Shown: positions 28,485 through 39,516 of the stretch, piece by piece
Numbering within the stretch: position 1 is the stretch's first letter
Layout of the letters: every line of letters starts with the position of its first letter
Source of the DNA: Deinococcales bacterium
GTDB taxonomy: Bacteria > Deinococcota > Deinococci > Deinococcales > JAAFIG01
NCBI GenBank assembly: GCA_031414595.1
Contig: JANNVX010000098.1
Span: 141,724-205,723 of the forward strand
DNA length: 64,000 nt
Reading direction: 5' to 3'
The notes under the pieces: generated by a model
What the model was told of the DNA's origin: nothing
The model's input: the letters and a program-made list of their open reading frames with translations, nothing else
The model's database searches: none
Translations under genes and position numbers: made by a program

Positions 28485-29984
28485 ATGAATCAACTCGAGG
28501 AACTTAAAAACCTACTGGCAGAAATTTCGGATTTAACGGCTGTGGCACAATTAGTCAGTTGGGATAAAGACACCCAAATGCCCAAAGGGGCAGCCGCCAC
28601 TCGAGCCAACCAAATGGCGACGATGGCGCGGTTACTGCATCAAAAAAACACTGCGCCGCGTTTACGAGAATTGATTGAAGCCCTCGAGCCAGAACTCAAA
28701 AATTCGGATTCATTGGATGGTGCGTTGCTGCGTTTATTGCGCTTAGAGTATGACCGCAAATCTAAACTCCCAACCGATTTTGTAACTGAGTTCGCCGCCG
28801 CTCGAGCCACCTCTGGTTCGGTTTGGGAGGCTTCGCGCTATAAAAATGACTGGGCTGCTTTTTTGCCACACTTAGAAAAAATGTTTGACTATGCCCGCCG
28901 AGCCGCCGATTATTACGGTTTTGAAACCCATCCTTACGACGCGCTGCTCTGGGATTACGACCCGGGCTTAAAAACTGCTGACATCAAAGAAATCTTTGCC
29001 GATGTTCGCGCTTTTACTGTGCCACTTTTAGGGAAAATTGTAGCGGCTGGGGAAAATATAGATTATGGTGTGCTGACCAGATATTTCCCACTCGAGGCAC
29101 AACGAGCTTTTGGTCTCGAGGTGGCACAGGCATTTGGGTATGACCTCAACCGAGGGCGCTTAGATGTGACCGCGCACCCGTTCGCCACAAACTTTGGTAA
29201 GGATGATGTGCGGATTACCACGCGGTTTGACCCGCATTATTTTCCAATGGCATTGTACGGCACACTGCACGAATCAGGTCATGCGATGTACGAACAGAAT
29301 ACAGGCGATGAATTGCGCCGCACCCCATTGGCACGCGGCGCGTGGAGTACCGCCCATGAAAGCCAATCGCGGATGTGGGAGAACTTGGTTGGGCGCTCGA
29401 GTGGCTTTTGGCAGCACTGGTTTGCAATAGCCCAAAAACACTTCCCAGAAGCCCTGCATGATGTAGACGCAAGCACCATGTACAAATTGGTCAATCGGGT
29501 TAAACCCAGTTTTATTCGGGTTGAAGCTGACGAATTAACCTATAACCTGCATATCATGTTGCGTTTTGAACTCGAGTTAGCCGTTTTTGAAGAAAAAATT
29601 AAAATTTCCGAGTTGCCCGAAGCATGGAATGCCAAAATGCAGGAGTACCTTGGGGTCACACCTCCCGATTACTCGAGTGGGATTATGCAGGATATTCACT
29701 GGTCGGCTGGAATGTTTGCTTATTTTCCAACCTACAGCCTTGGGAACATTTTAAGTGTGCAACTGTTTGAAAAAGCAGGTTCACAAATGGGCGACTTGAA
29801 CGCCATGTTTGCTCGAGGTGAGTACAAACCGCTTCTGCATTGGCTGACCCATGCAGTGCTGCGCCACGGTAAAACGTACTTGCCACCAGAATTGATTATG
29901 CGTTCGACTGGCTCGAGTTTAAGCGCCAAACCGTACCTTGGTTATCTCGAGCATAAATTTAGTGGAATTTACGAATTGAAATAA
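28485..29984 (+). CDS. Carboxypeptidase M32 (Taq-like)
   Basis: HPF, DVRITTR, HESGH, HESQS, IRVEADE, QDIHW and YFPTY motifs. Confidence 0.95.
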   Translation: MNQLEELKNLLAEISDLTAVAQLVSWDKDTQMPKGAAATRANQMATMARLLHQKNTAPRLRELIEALEPELKNSDSLDGALLRLLRLEYDRKSKLPTDFVTEFAAARATSGSVWEASRYKNDWAAFLPHLEKMFDYARRAADYYGFETHPYDALLWDYDPGLKTADIKEIFADVRAFTVPLLGKIVAAGENIDYGVLTRYFPLEAQRAFGLEVAQAFGYDLNRGRLDVTAHPFATNFGKDDVRITTRFDPHYFPMALYGTLHESGHAMYEQNTGDELRRTPLARGAWSTAHESQSRMWENLVGRSSGFWQHWFAIAQKHFPEALHDVDASTMYKLVNRVKPSFIRVEADELTYNLHIMLRFELELAVFEEKIKISELPEAWNAKMQEYLGVTPPDYSSGIMQDIHWSAGMFAYFPTYSLGNILSVQLFEKAGSQMGDLNAMFARGEYKPLLHWLTHAVLRHGKTYLPPELIMRSTGSSLSAKPYLGYLEHKFSGIYELK

Positions 29985-30002
29985 GGAACTGTCCGAATTG
30001 AA

Positions 30003-31865
30003 TCAAGGCAAGACCGCCGTGACTCGAGTGCCATTTCCAGTTCGACTCGAGTATTCAAATTTCCCACCTCTGGCTTCAACCCGTTCACGCATTTGCGATA
30101 AACCAAGTCCGCCAGCCGTGGTGACTTTGCCGGTCAGGGCGTTGGGGTCAAAGCCAACGCCATCGTCTTGAACCGTCAAATTGGTGCTGCTTGGGTAGGT
30201 TTGTAAGGTCACGGTCACGATTTTGGCACGGCTGTGCTTGGCGATGTTATTTAACGCCTCCTGCAAAATTCTAAACATCACGGCTTCGTTGGTTGGGCTT
30301 AAACGCGGTTCACCATGCAGTTCAAGGGTGGTTTTAATGTTGTTCTGCTCACCAAAATCCTTGGTGTATTGGCGGACAGTTTCTAAGAATCCAAGGCGTT
30401 CAAGGTCAAGTGGTCGCAGGGCAAAAATGCTGCGCCGAACTTCTTTAATTTGTTCACGCAAGGTGGTTTTTGCCAGTTCAATTTCGGATAAGACCCGTTT
30501 GGGGTCTTTCTCGAGTAAACGCCCAGCCAAATCGAGTTTCATTGCCGTAAATGCCAGACTTTGGGCAATCCCATCATGGATTTCACGGGCGATGCGGCTG
30601 CGCTCATCAAAAATAGCGATTTCTTCGCTATATAAGTATGCCTTGGCATTACGAACCGCCAATGTGACCTGACTGGCAAGTAAATTCAGTAACGGCAATT
30701 CGCGGGTGTCAAAAGCGTTTTCTTGACTGTGACCCAAGATAATCACCCCGACCAATTCCGATTCGGTCAGCATCGGTAGGGCAATCGCGGCTCTCGAGCC
30801 TCCCAGTACAGGATCATCGGGTTGATTGAGTAAAATCATGCCGTGCTTGGTCTCGAGCATTGGTGTGGCTTCAAGGTCTGGTATTGACATCGGTAAGCGT
30901 TGCAAAGCACTTTCCAAGGCAAGATTGCCAGTTGCCCAGCCGTGTTCGTTGCCAGAGCGCACCACTCGCCCTTGAACATCGCGCCCCCAAGCCAAGGTTA
31001 AACGCCCGTCCTCGTCGGATAAGTAGACGGCACTGGCTTCGGCGCGGACACGTTCACGGATTCGCGCCAGCACATTCTCGAGTAAACGCTCCAAGTTAAT
31101 TTCAGCGCGGATGCTCCTGTCCACTTCAAAAAGGGTTAATAAATCCCTTGTGCGGATATTGGCGGCATCCACTGCCACTGCCACTTCGCCGACCAGAATC
31201 TCGAGTAATTCACGGCTTTCACTGCGAGGCATCCCCGTAAAGTACAGGTGCAGCGCTCCTAAGAAACGATCCCCAAAGCGCAAGGGGCTGGATAAGCGGC
31301 TTTTGGCGTTTTGAATACTCGAGGGACGGTCTAAAACCGTGCTTGCCACCCGCAACGGCTCGAGGTCGGTCACTTCAAGCGGTAATTCCAATAAGTTAAA
31401 AACCCGCACCACACCACTCTCGAGAATAATTGCACCTGCGGTTGCCCCGACTGCTTCGGCAACACTGGCAATGGCTGTTTCTAGCACACTCTCTAAGTCC
31501 GAAGCCTCGGAGACATTACGGGTAACTCGTTGTACCGCCGCCAAACGCGCATGAGATTCAGAGAGTTCGGTGTATAAATCTCTCAGTTCGGTTTCGGCGC
31601 GTTCACGTTCACGTACTTCGGCGGCAATCCAAGTTAAAACAAAAAATGTGACAAGAGGACCAATAATCCCGTAAAAAAGCAGTTCTGCCCAAAATCCTGT
31701 GCGTCCGGGTTCGAGTTGCACCACCAACAACTGATACAGCACCACCACCAACACAATGAGCGGCGGCAGAACCGCTTGGGCGGTACGAACCCGACGGTAC
31801 GATGCGCCGGGGACTTGAGAAGCCCTGAATCCAATCCGTTCAAACCAAGTTAAAGGCTGATTCAT
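30003..31865 (-). CDS. GAF-domain sensor histidine kinase (HisKA_3/NarX-type)
   Basis: 2 TM, two GAF-like domains, ERSRIAREIHD, QEALNNIAKHS, DDGVGF, GLGL..MRER. Confidence 0.92.
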   Translation of the reverse strand: MNQPLTWFERIGFRASQVPGASYRRVRTAQAVLPPLIVLVVVLYQLLVVQLEPGRTGFWAELLFYGIIGPLVTFFVLTWIAAEVRERERAETELRDLYTELSESHARLAAVQRVTRNVSEASDLESVLETAIASVAEAVGATAGAIILESGVVRVFNLLELPLEVTDLEPLRVASTVLDRPSSIQNAKSRLSSPLRFGDRFLGALHLYFTGMPRSESRELLEILVGEVAVAVDAANIRTRDLLTLFEVDRSIRAEINLERLLENVLARIRERVRAEASAVYLSDEDGRLTLAWGRDVQGRVVRSGNEHGWATGNLALESALQRLPMSIPDLEATPMLETKHGMILLNQPDDPVLGGSRAAIALPMLTESELVGVIILGHSQENAFDTRELPLLNLLASQVTLAVRNAKAYLYSEEIAIFDERSRIAREIHDGIAQSLAFTAMKLDLAGRLLEKDPKRVLSEIELAKTTLREQIKEVRRSIFALRPLDLERLGFLETVRQYTKDFGEQNNIKTTLELHGEPRLSPTNEAVMFRILQEALNNIAKHSRAKIVTVTLQTYPSSTNLTVQDDGVGFDPNALTGKVTTAGGLGLSQMRERVEARGGKFEYSSRTGNGTRVTAVLP

Positions 31866-32620
31866 AGGTCTTCACTCATTCTTGGATATGGCACTGTGCC
31901 GGGTGTATCCAAGCCCCTATTCTTGCGTGAAGCCCATAAACCCTGACTGAGTAAGCCCCGAATAAACGCCACATCATGATTGTTTAAGTCCGAACGGTTA
32001 AAAATACTTCTAAAACGCCGTAACGCATGGTCTTTGCGGTCATTGTTGGTGTAGCCAACCTCGAGCATAAACTCGAGCAGATGGGCGTACATCCCTTCTA
32101 AACTGTGGCGCGGCGCAAGTTGTTCTCTTTCTTGCAGAGTTTCGATAACAGGGGTTTGACGTGCCAGCAGCAACTCGTAAACAATCACTTGTACGGCTTG
32201 GGCAAGGTTTAAGACTGGGTATTCGCCTTCGGTCGGAATCGAAACGAGCGCATGACACAAATCCAGTTCATCATTAAAAAGCCCATGTTCCTCTCGTCCA
32301 AAAACCACGGCACTCGAGACTGGGCTGATAAACCTTGGTGCGAATTCCCTTGGGGTCATAATCTGGGTGTAATCTTTGCGCTCCCTTGCAGTTGTGCCAA
32401 CCACAAACTCGAGTTCACCGACCGCTTCAAGCAGTGTCTCAAAAATACTGGCTTGTTCAATCAGTTCAAAAGCATGAACTGCCATTTTCTGGGCATCCAA
32501 AAGATTACAACGTGGCGCAACAATTCGTAAATCCGACAAACCAAAATTCTTCATGGCTCTGGCAACACCGCCAATGTTGTCTGGACCTTTGGGCGAAACA
32601 AGGACAATCGCGGGTTTCAT
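31862..32620 (-). CDS. trmJ: TrmJ/LasT-family SPOUT RNA methyltransferase
   Basis: NIGGVARAMKNFG, VFGREEHGL and LNLAQAV motifs. Confidence 0.88.
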   Translation of the reverse strand: MKPAIVLVSPKGPDNIGGVARAMKNFGLSDLRIVAPRCNLLDAQKMAVHAFELIEQASIFETLLEAVGELEFVVGTTARERKDYTQIMTPREFAPRFISPVSSAVVFGREEHGLFNDELDLCHALVSIPTEGEYPVLNLAQAVQVIVYELLLARQTPVIETLQEREQLAPRHSLEGMYAHLLEFMLEVGYTNNDRKDHALRRFRSIFNRSDLNNHDVAFIRGLLSQGLWASRKNRGLDTPGTVPYPRMSEDL

Positions 32621-32691
32621 AGTTTCTAGTCTAAAGAGAAAAGGCGAAAAGCGAAGGGCAAAAGGCGAAGGTAGGAAGTAGACTGTATTTT

Positions 32692-33195
32692 ATGCTCGAG
32701 AAGCTACAAAAGTTATTGATTGAACAAAAAGCCGTGTTGCGTCTTGATAATCCAAAACGTGGATTGCGAATCACTCAAGGATTTCATCAATTGCAACTGA
32801 TTATTTTTTTAGCACAAATGCTGATTTTAATAATTTTGCTTGGGCTGTTGCTTTTTTCTGGCTCGACTCGAGCCGTGGTTGTCTCCAATTGGTTTTTACT
32901 GATTGGTATTTCTTTAGCTGGCTTTGCACTTATTTTTTCTGAACGGGCTTTTCGCGAAGAACCCAATTTTTTAGCTTTACTGCGGCTCTGTATTCTCACT
33001 TCCGTCTCGAGTGCCATTCCCGCGATGCTGGCAGCCCTGGCTTGGCGTTTTGAAGGATTAACCCTTGGGGTGCTGGGTTTATTTGGCTCGAGCCTAGTGG
33101 CTTTTTTGGTGTGTTGGACTCGTCTCGAGTTACTGGCGGTTTTAATCCCGCAAAATCAAGACGAGGCTGTCTCACAAAACCAAGACCAAAGTTGA
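32692..33195 (+). CDS. Hypothetical membrane protein (about 4 TM)
   Basis: Hydrophobic segments; TAGACT 7 nt before the ATG. Confidence 0.6.
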   Translation: MLEKLQKLLIEQKAVLRLDNPKRGLRITQGFHQLQLIIFLAQMLILIILLGLLLFSGSTRAVVVSNWFLLIGISLAGFALIFSERAFREEPNFLALLRLCILTSVSSAIPAMLAALAWRFEGLTLGVLGLFGSSLVAFLVCWTRLELLAVLIPQNQDEAVSQNQDQS

Positions 33196-33231
33196 GGGAT
33201 GTAAAAATCAAACTCGTGCTAACATACTTGC

Positions 33232-33762
33232 GTGGCTGGCAAACGCGAAATTATTATCACCACAGGTTTACTTGCGATTCTTGGTGGAGCGAGTTTTTTT
33301 AGCTTACGCCCCAATGAAATCCCAGCCGCTCAAAATGCCCTCGAGCGTTTACCAATTCGCGTGGCAGTGGCAGGCGAAATCAAAAAACCAGGAGTTTATC
33401 AGTTGCCTTGGGGTTCACGTACCGAAGCGGCGCTGGCTGCGGCTGGTGGAACAACCAGTGATGCCGAACTGAGTTTAATCAATCCCGCCCAAATCCTGAC
33501 CGATGGTGATCAGGTTCGCATACCAAGTAAACAAATCAGTGCCAGCCCAGAAGAACCAGTCTCGAGTAGCACATCCACAGGTGAACGCATTAACCTCAAC
33601 ACCGCTACTCAAGCCCAAATCGAGGCTTTACCGGGGGTTGGACCGAAAATGGCAGAACGTATCTTGCAAGCCCGTCCATTCTCGAGCCTCAAAGACCTAG
33701 ATGCGGTTAAAGGAATAGGGACAAGTATGCTTAAAAAACTCGAGCCTCTAGTCAGATTTTAG
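33232..33762 (+). CDS. comEA: Competence DNA-binding protein ComEA (SLBB + HhH)
   Basis: V.VAGEIKKPGVY, DGDQVRIP, INLNTAT, LPGVGPKMA and VKGIG motifs. Confidence 0.9.
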   Translation: MAGKREIIITTGLLAILGGASFFSLRPNEIPAAQNALERLPIRVAVAGEIKKPGVYQLPWGSRTEAALAAAGGTTSDAELSLINPAQILTDGDQVRIPSKQISASPEEPVSSSTSTGERINLNTATQAQIEALPGVGPKMAERILQARPFSSLKDLDAVKGIGTSMLKKLEPLVRF

Positions 33763-33836
33763 TCACCTTAGAGTTTTCATCTTGGTACAGTACAATCGGT
33801 CTTTGTGAATTATGCCCAAAGCACAATTGGAGAACT

Positions 33837-35774
33837 ATGAACGAAACAACCCCCGCGCCCGAACAAGAAATATCGCTACGTGATGTCTACTTAATCCTCA
33901 AACGCAACGCCACAATTATTTTAATCACGCCGATTATTTTTGCTGTTCTGGCAGCGCTTTATGCTTTTTTTATTGCTGACCCTGTTTATAAATCAGAAGC
34001 CAATTTAACGATTCAGACCACGCCAGTCCAGTCCAAAATTGAAGATAAAATTGAAACCAGTGCCATAACGGTTTTTACCTCTGATCAGATTGAAACTGTG
34101 GCGACCTCCCGACCCATTTTAGATAAGCTGATTGAACAGATTCGCACATCCAACAATGCCCCAACCAGTTGGCGTATTGAGCGTTTTGATGCAGGTTCAC
34201 TCGAGAAAAACCTGAAAATCAAATTTCCCAAACCCAATGCTCGTGGGACAACCGATGCTTCTTTGGTAACATTAGAAGTCAGTGCGCCAGACGCTAAACT
34301 GGCTGCCGAAGTCGCCAATGCGTGGGCGCGAGAAACCAATACAGCTCTGAATTTTTTGCCTCAAGAACGGGTTAAAGATTCAATCAACACGCTGCAAGGC
34401 GAAATTGATCGTGCGGCTCGAGGGTTAAGCGATGTCGAAAAAAAGTATGAAGAATATGCTAATCGTTCTAACTTGGCACTTGAACAAGCTGAATTGGGCA
34501 GCGCCACAGGTGAACGGGCTGGACTCGAGCCTTTGATTGCCCAAACCAAACAAAGTGTTTTGCAGACCGAAGCCGAATTAGGACAACGCACTTCTGACTT
34601 AAAACTGGCGGCACAAACCCTAGGTGTCATCCCAGAAAATTCGGTTATTTTAGGGGTCACGACCAATGGACAAACCCTTTCACAAGTACGTCAAACCTTA
34701 GTCGATCAAGTAGGTGTTGCAAAAAATAGGATGCTGACCGCCAACGAAGCCTTGCGTCAATTTAACGCCACCAATGACGCAGCTTTACTGCGTGGAAGAA
34801 TTTCCCAAAATGAAGCTCGCTTGGTGGAAATTAACACTAAATTACAATCTTTTGATTCCACCCTTAAAACATTAAATGCCCAATTGCAACAATCACGCCA
34901 AGAAATAAAAACTCAACCCCGCCTACTGACCCTTGAACGGGAATTACTTAGTGACCCAGCCATCAATGCGGCTATTCAGTCTCGAGACCCCAAATTAAAC
35001 GACCTGATTGGCTTAAAATTACAGAACCAAGAAGTCAATCCAATCTATCAAAGTTTGCTTCAAGGAATCATTGGGCTTGAAGCCAGTATACGAACCCTGA
35101 CAGCCGACCGTGAAGGCATTAAACCCGAATCAGTCAAACGTTTGGCTCAATTAAATGAAGATCGCAAGCGCCTTGCATTACTCAATAAACAAGCCGAACC
35201 ACTGACACTAGAAGTCCGAAATGCACAAACCTTTTATGAAGCAACCAATGCCCAAGTAAGCCGTCTCGAGGGGGTTGATCCTAATTTGCTTTCACAAATT
35301 CGGGTTGAAAACACCAACCCTGAATACCAGCGCTTACGCACCTTGGTTAATGATTTAAGTTCAAACTTGCTGCGTTTCAAAGTGACTTTAACTGGTTATG
35401 AAACCCGAGCCAAAGAATTAAACTTGCGAATCGAGCAACTCAAAAGCCGTGTTGCTACGGCAACGCTTGAATCGGCGCGGATTGGACAACAACTCGAGTT
35501 GACCAGAGAACAATTTAAGACCTTAAGTCAAAAAATGGTTGACTTGAAAATCGAACAAGCCTCAAGTAAATCCTTGGCTCAGGTGCTTGTTCCAGCTTTT
35601 GCGCCAAGCCGTCCAGCCTCGAGCCGGGCGACGGTGGTCTTGCTGGCAATTGTGGCGGGCTTGCTGATTGGTCTGATTATTCCCTTTATTCTCGAGGCGC
35701 TGCGTGACCCAAATGCGGTTGCACGGGTCACGCAACGCCGAAGTGCTGTGCCAGCTTTGGCGGCTGAGGATTAA
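33837..35774 (+). CDS. Wzz/GumC-like polysaccharide chain-length determinant with long coiled coil
   Basis: EISLRDVY N-terminus, TM1, P.YKSEA, AAEVANAW, long coil, Pro-rich PAFAPSRP before TM2; no kinase domain. Confidence 0.8.
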   Translation: MNETTPAPEQEISLRDVYLILKRNATIILITPIIFAVLAALYAFFIADPVYKSEANLTIQTTPVQSKIEDKIETSAITVFTSDQIETVATSRPILDKLIEQIRTSNNAPTSWRIERFDAGSLEKNLKIKFPKPNARGTTDASLVTLEVSAPDAKLAAEVANAWARETNTALNFLPQERVKDSINTLQGEIDRAARGLSDVEKKYEEYANRSNLALEQAELGSATGERAGLEPLIAQTKQSVLQTEAELGQRTSDLKLAAQTLGVIPENSVILGVTTNGQTLSQVRQTLVDQVGVAKNRMLTANEALRQFNATNDAALLRGRISQNEARLVEINTKLQSFDSTLKTLNAQLQQSRQEIKTQPRLLTLERELLSDPAINAAIQSRDPKLNDLIGLKLQNQEVNPIYQSLLQGIIGLEASIRTLTADREGIKPESVKRLAQLNEDRKRLALLNKQAEPLTLEVRNAQTFYEATNAQVSRLEGVDPNLLSQIRVENTNPEYQRLRTLVNDLSSNLLRFKVTLTGYETRAKELNLRIEQLKSRVATATLESARIGQQLELTREQFKTLSQKMVDLKIEQASSKSLAQVLVPAFAPSRPASSRATVVLLAIVAGLLIGLIIPFILEALRDPNAVARVTQRRSAVPALAAED

Positions 35775-35775
35775 A

Positions 35776-36417
35776 TTGTTTGTTGCACAAGACCTTGGGG
35801 TTGTGCCGTATCAAAAGGCGTATGCTTTACAACTCGAGGCTCATGCTCGGGTGGCGGCTGGCGGAACACCAGAGCTTTTGTTACTCGAGCATCCAAGGGT
35901 GATTACCCATGGGCGTAAGGATTTGCTAGACACGAATTTATTGTTTCCGCTCGAGACCTTAGCGCGGCTTGGAATAGATGTGGTGGCGACCGAACGCGGT
36001 GGCACAGCCACCTATCATGGGCTTGGGCAGTTGGTGGCGTACCCAATTTTTAGGGTTGGTCGCAAAGTCCGAGATTTTCTGCGGCGGCTCGAGAATGTGC
36101 AGATTTGGGTCTTGGCACAGTATGGGCTGCAAGCCCGTCCGAACCCCGGTTATGCGGGTGTTTATGTCGGAGACGATAAAATCGGCAGTATTGGCGTGGC
36201 AATTAAGCAAAACGTGGCGATTCATGGTTTGGCACTGAATATCAATACCAATTTAGCCGATTTTGATTTGATTGTGCCGTGTGGTTTGCAGGATACCCAA
36301 ATGACCAGTATGCAAAAACTCTTGGGTTATGAAATCCCGATGCTCGAGGTAAAAAAACAGCTTATTGAGGCGTTCAGGCTCGAGTTTACAAGTTTTAGAG
36401 AAGTTGAAACCGACTGA
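35776..36417 (+). CDS. lipB: Lipoyl(octanoyl) transferase
   Basis: LLEHPRV, RGG.ATYHG.GQLV.YP, KIGSIG, HGLALN and IVPCGL motifs; TTG start. Confidence 0.93.
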   Translation: MFVAQDLGVVPYQKAYALQLEAHARVAAGGTPELLLLEHPRVITHGRKDLLDTNLLFPLETLARLGIDVVATERGGTATYHGLGQLVAYPIFRVGRKVRDFLRRLENVQIWVLAQYGLQARPNPGYAGVYVGDDKIGSIGVAIKQNVAIHGLALNINTNLADFDLIVPCGLQDTQMTSMQKLLGYEIPMLEVKKQLIEAFRLEFTSFREVETD

Positions 36418-36485
36418 TTTTAGAGGTACTAATTTTTGACTCCAAAAAAAGCATAAAAACCTCGTGCTAGACGCATCAATTTTAC

Positions 36486-36530
36486 TTGACTCGAGCAGCT
36501 TTTTAGGGTATAATTCTGTGCTGAACGAAA
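36486..36530 (+). promoter_or_regulatory. sigma70 promoter of gyrB with RDRM-like (DdrO-type) operator
   Basis: TTGACT (36486)-17 bp-TATAAT (36509); 17-mer TTCTGTGCTGAACGAAA at 36514-36530. Confidence 0.7.
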
Positions 36531-36574
36531 TGCGTTAAGCCGATACACGAAAAATTCACGAAAAGAGGAAATCA

Positions 36575-38617
36575 ATGTCAGAAAATATCAATCCGCTTGA
36601 GAACAACGACGACTTTAAGAATTTGCAGCCAATCGAGGATATCGTTGAGAGCGCACCTTTAACGGAAGCCGAACGGCAAGAAGGGGCTGATAATTACACC
36701 GCCGATAACATCAAGGTCTTAAAAGGGCTTGATGGGGTTCGCAAACGCCCGGGCATGTACTTACAAGGTGGTACGGGCATAGACGGGTTTCATCAGTTGC
36801 TCTCAGAAATCATTGACAACGCCATAGACGAAGTTCAAGCCAAATTCGCCGATACCGTGACTGTCACGATTCACCAAGACGAATCGGTGACAATTACTGA
36901 CAACGGACGTGGTTTCCCCGTGGATGCAATGGCTTCCGAAGGGGGTCGTCCAGCCGTCGAAGTGACCTTCACCGATTTACACGCGGGTGGTAAGTTCGAC
37001 GATGGTGCATATAAGGTCTCGGGCGGTTTGCACGGGGTTGGTGCAAAAGTTGTTAATGCCTTATCGCTTTTTTTACGGGTGGATATTCGCAAAGGCAAGG
37101 ATTTGTACCGTATTATGTTTGAAAGTGGTGTGCTGACCGAACCTCTGCATATTATTGGTACAAACGAGGCTGGACGCAACGGCTCGAGTGTCAGTTTCAA
37201 ACCAGACCCTGTGGTTTTTAAGGACATTGTGCCGCATTGGGAGTATGCGCGGATTCGGCGTAGGTTACGCGAGTTGTCGTTCTTGGTCGGTGGCACGAAA
37301 ATTATCCTAACCGATGAGCGCGACGGACACCACAAAACCGAGACTTTCTTTGAAAAAGGTGGCGTTGCTGCCTATGCCCGCAGTCTTGTTGGGGATGACA
37401 AAATTTTGTATGAACCAGCCGTGTTGCTCAGTGGTTCACACGACGAAATCAAAGTCGAAGTCGGCTTAATTCACAGCACTGGCTATACCCCGAATTTACT
37501 TGCCTATGCCAACATGATTACCAACCGTGACCACGGTACACACATGACGGGGTTTCGTACTGCATACACTCGCATCCTGAATAAGTACCTGAAAGACAAA
37601 AATATCCTCAAACAAGGCGCAGTTGAACCAATTGGCGATGACTGGCTCGAGGGCTTAAATGTTGTGGTCAGCGTACAACTTGGCGACCCACAATTTGAAT
37701 CAAATGCCAAAGTTAAACTCCTTAATCCAGAAGCGCAAATGGCGGTTAGCCGCGTTGTTTCTGATAAATTATCAGAATTTCTCGAGGCAAACCCAAAAGT
37801 CGGTAAAGTGATTGCCGAGAAAGCCGCCGATGCAGCCCGCGCTCGAGATGCGGCTCGTAAAGCCAAGGACTTGGTGCGCCGTCAGAACCCACTCGAGAAC
37901 GATGACTTGCCGGGTAAATTATCCGATTGCCAAAGCTCTGACCCAGCCGAATCGGAGTTGCTGTTGGTCGAGGGCAACTCGGCAGGTGGGACAGCCAAAG
38001 GCGCACGCGACAAGAAATTCCAAGCTGTACTGCCTCTGCGCGGTAAGGTGCTAAACGTCGAAAAAGCCCAGATTACGCAAATCCTCAAGAACACCGAAAT
38101 CCGCAGTATGATTGCCGCGATTGGCGCAGGTGTCCAAGGCACTGGCGACAATGCCCATTTTGACCTTGCCAATGTGCGTTATCACCGCATTGTGATTATG
38201 ACCGATGCCGACGTGGATGGTAGCCACATCAGTGTGCTTTTAATGACCTTCTTCTATAGGTTCTTGCGCCCCATCATCGAAGCAGGGTACTTGTACATTG
38301 CCCAGCCACCCTTGTACAGATTATCGGTGGGACGCAAAGGCGAGTATATTTTCAACGAAGAGGCACTGAAAAAACGTTTGGAAGAACTGAATGACAAAAC
38401 CAACATTTCAATCCAGCGCTACAAAGGGCTTGGGGAAATGAACGCCGAGCAACTCTGGGAAACCACGCTTGACCCAGCCACCCGCACCATGAAACTGGTC
38501 ACAATCGTGGATGCACTCGAGGCGAACGAATGCTTTAAGGACTTAATGGGGCAAGAAGTCGCTCCACGCCGAGCCTTTATTGAAGAGAATGCAGTCTTTG
38601 CTAAAGTAGATATTTAA
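36575..38617 (+). CDS. gyrB: DNA gyrase subunit B
   Basis: [61 protein letters not shown] and RYKGLGEM motifs. Confidence 0.96.
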   Translation: MSENINPLENNDDFKNLQPIEDIVESAPLTEAERQEGADNYTADNIKVLKGLDGVRKRPGMYLQGGTGIDGFHQLLSEIIDNAIDEVQAKFADTVTVTIHQDESVTITDNGRGFPVDAMASEGGRPAVEVTFTDLHAGGKFDDGAYKVSGGLHGVGAKVVNALSLFLRVDIRKGKDLYRIMFESGVLTEPLHIIGTNEAGRNGSSVSFKPDPVVFKDIVPHWEYARIRRRLRELSFLVGGTKIILTDERDGHHKTETFFEKGGVAAYARSLVGDDKILYEPAVLLSGSHDEIKVEVGLIHSTGYTPNLLAYANMITNRDHGTHMTGFRTAYTRILNKYLKDKNILKQGAVEPIGDDWLEGLNVVVSVQLGDPQFESNAKVKLLNPEAQMAVSRVVSDKLSEFLEANPKVGKVIAEKAADAARARDAARKAKDLVRRQNPLENDDLPGKLSDCQSSDPAESELLLVEGNSAGGTAKGARDKKFQAVLPLRGKVLNVEKAQITQILKNTEIRSMIAAIGAGVQGTGDNAHFDLANVRYHRIVIMTDADVDGSHISVLLMTFFYRFLRPIIEAGYLYIAQPPLYRLSVGRKGEYIFNEEALKKRLEELNDKTNISIQRYKGLGEMNAEQLWETTLDPATRTMKLVTIVDALEANECFKDLMGQEVAPRRAFIEENAVFAKVDI

Positions 38618-38624
38618 GTCTAAT

Positions 38625-38657
38625 AAAAAGCGCACAGCCACAGGCTGTGCGCTTTTT
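38625..38657. terminator. Bidirectional rho-independent terminator
   Basis: AAAAAGCGCACAGCC-aca-GGCTGTGCGCTTTTT between convergent gyrB and terC-like genes. Confidence 0.88.
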
Positions 38658-38669
38658 CATGGCTCGAGC

Positions 38670-39431
38670 CTAAGCGGGTTTAGCATTGTCCTCAACAATC
38701 GGTTGGTGCAATTCGACTGGCTTAGCTTTGTTACGGGTACTGGCGCGGATGTTCAGGAATTCAACCATCACCGAAAAGCCCATCGCAAAGTAGACATAAC
38801 CTTTGGGGATTTTGACTTCAAAGGCTTCGGCAATTAAGGTAAAACCAATTAAAAGTAAGAACGACAACGCCAGAATCTTGACACTTGGGTGCTTATTGAC
38901 AAAACCAAAAATCCCAGCCGAAGCAAAGAGCATAATCCCCACCGAAACCAGTACCGCAATCACCATCACTGGAACAATCGTGGTCATGCCAACCGCCGTA
39001 ATTACACTGTCAATGCTAAACACCAAATCCAGAATCAGCACTTGCCCAATCACTGCCGCAAAAGTCGGAGCGACTCGGCTCGAGACTTCGCCATGTTCAC
39101 CCTCGAGTTTGTCATGGATTTCTTTGGTGGCTTTGTAGATTAAGAAAATGCCGCCAGCCAGTAAAATCAGGTCTTTACCAGAAATACCTTGACCAAAAAC
39201 AGTGAATAAATCAGCTTTTAATTGCAGAATTAAAGAAATCGAAAATAAAAACAAAATTCGCATTCCACCAGCTACCAATAAACCTGTTTGTCTGGCTTTA
39301 GCTTGCTGCTCGAGTGGCAATTTGCCTGCCAGAATACTAATAAAAATAACGTTGTCCACCCCTAGAACAATCTCGAGGGCAGTGAGGGTTAAAAGGGCAG
39401 TCCATGCGGCGGGGTCTTGAATCCATTCCAT
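38670..39431 (-). CDS. TerC family membrane protein
   Basis: LEIVLGVDN, DLVFSIDSVITAVGM and IPKGYVYFAMGFS motifs. Confidence 0.92.
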   Translation of the reverse strand: MEWIQDPAAWTALLTLTALEIVLGVDNVIFISILAGKLPLEQQAKARQTGLLVAGGMRILFLFSISLILQLKADLFTVFGQGISGKDLILLAGGIFLIYKATKEIHDKLEGEHGEVSSRVAPTFAAVIGQVLILDLVFSIDSVITAVGMTTIVPVMVIAVLVSVGIMLFASAGIFGFVNKHPSVKILALSFLLLIGFTLIAEAFEVKIPKGYVYFAMGFSVMVEFLNIRASTRNKAKPVELHQPIVEDNAKPA

Positions 39432-39516
39432 AAGTTAAGTATACACTGGGAGTTTGCGCCGAAAGCCATGGGGGCTAAATCACAATTGGCATCGTAAAGA
39501 ATGAGATAATTTACCT

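Noticed and set aside
30003-31865. Histidine kinase with no adjacent response regulator
   Set aside because: Orphan kinases are common; nothing further can be inferred here.
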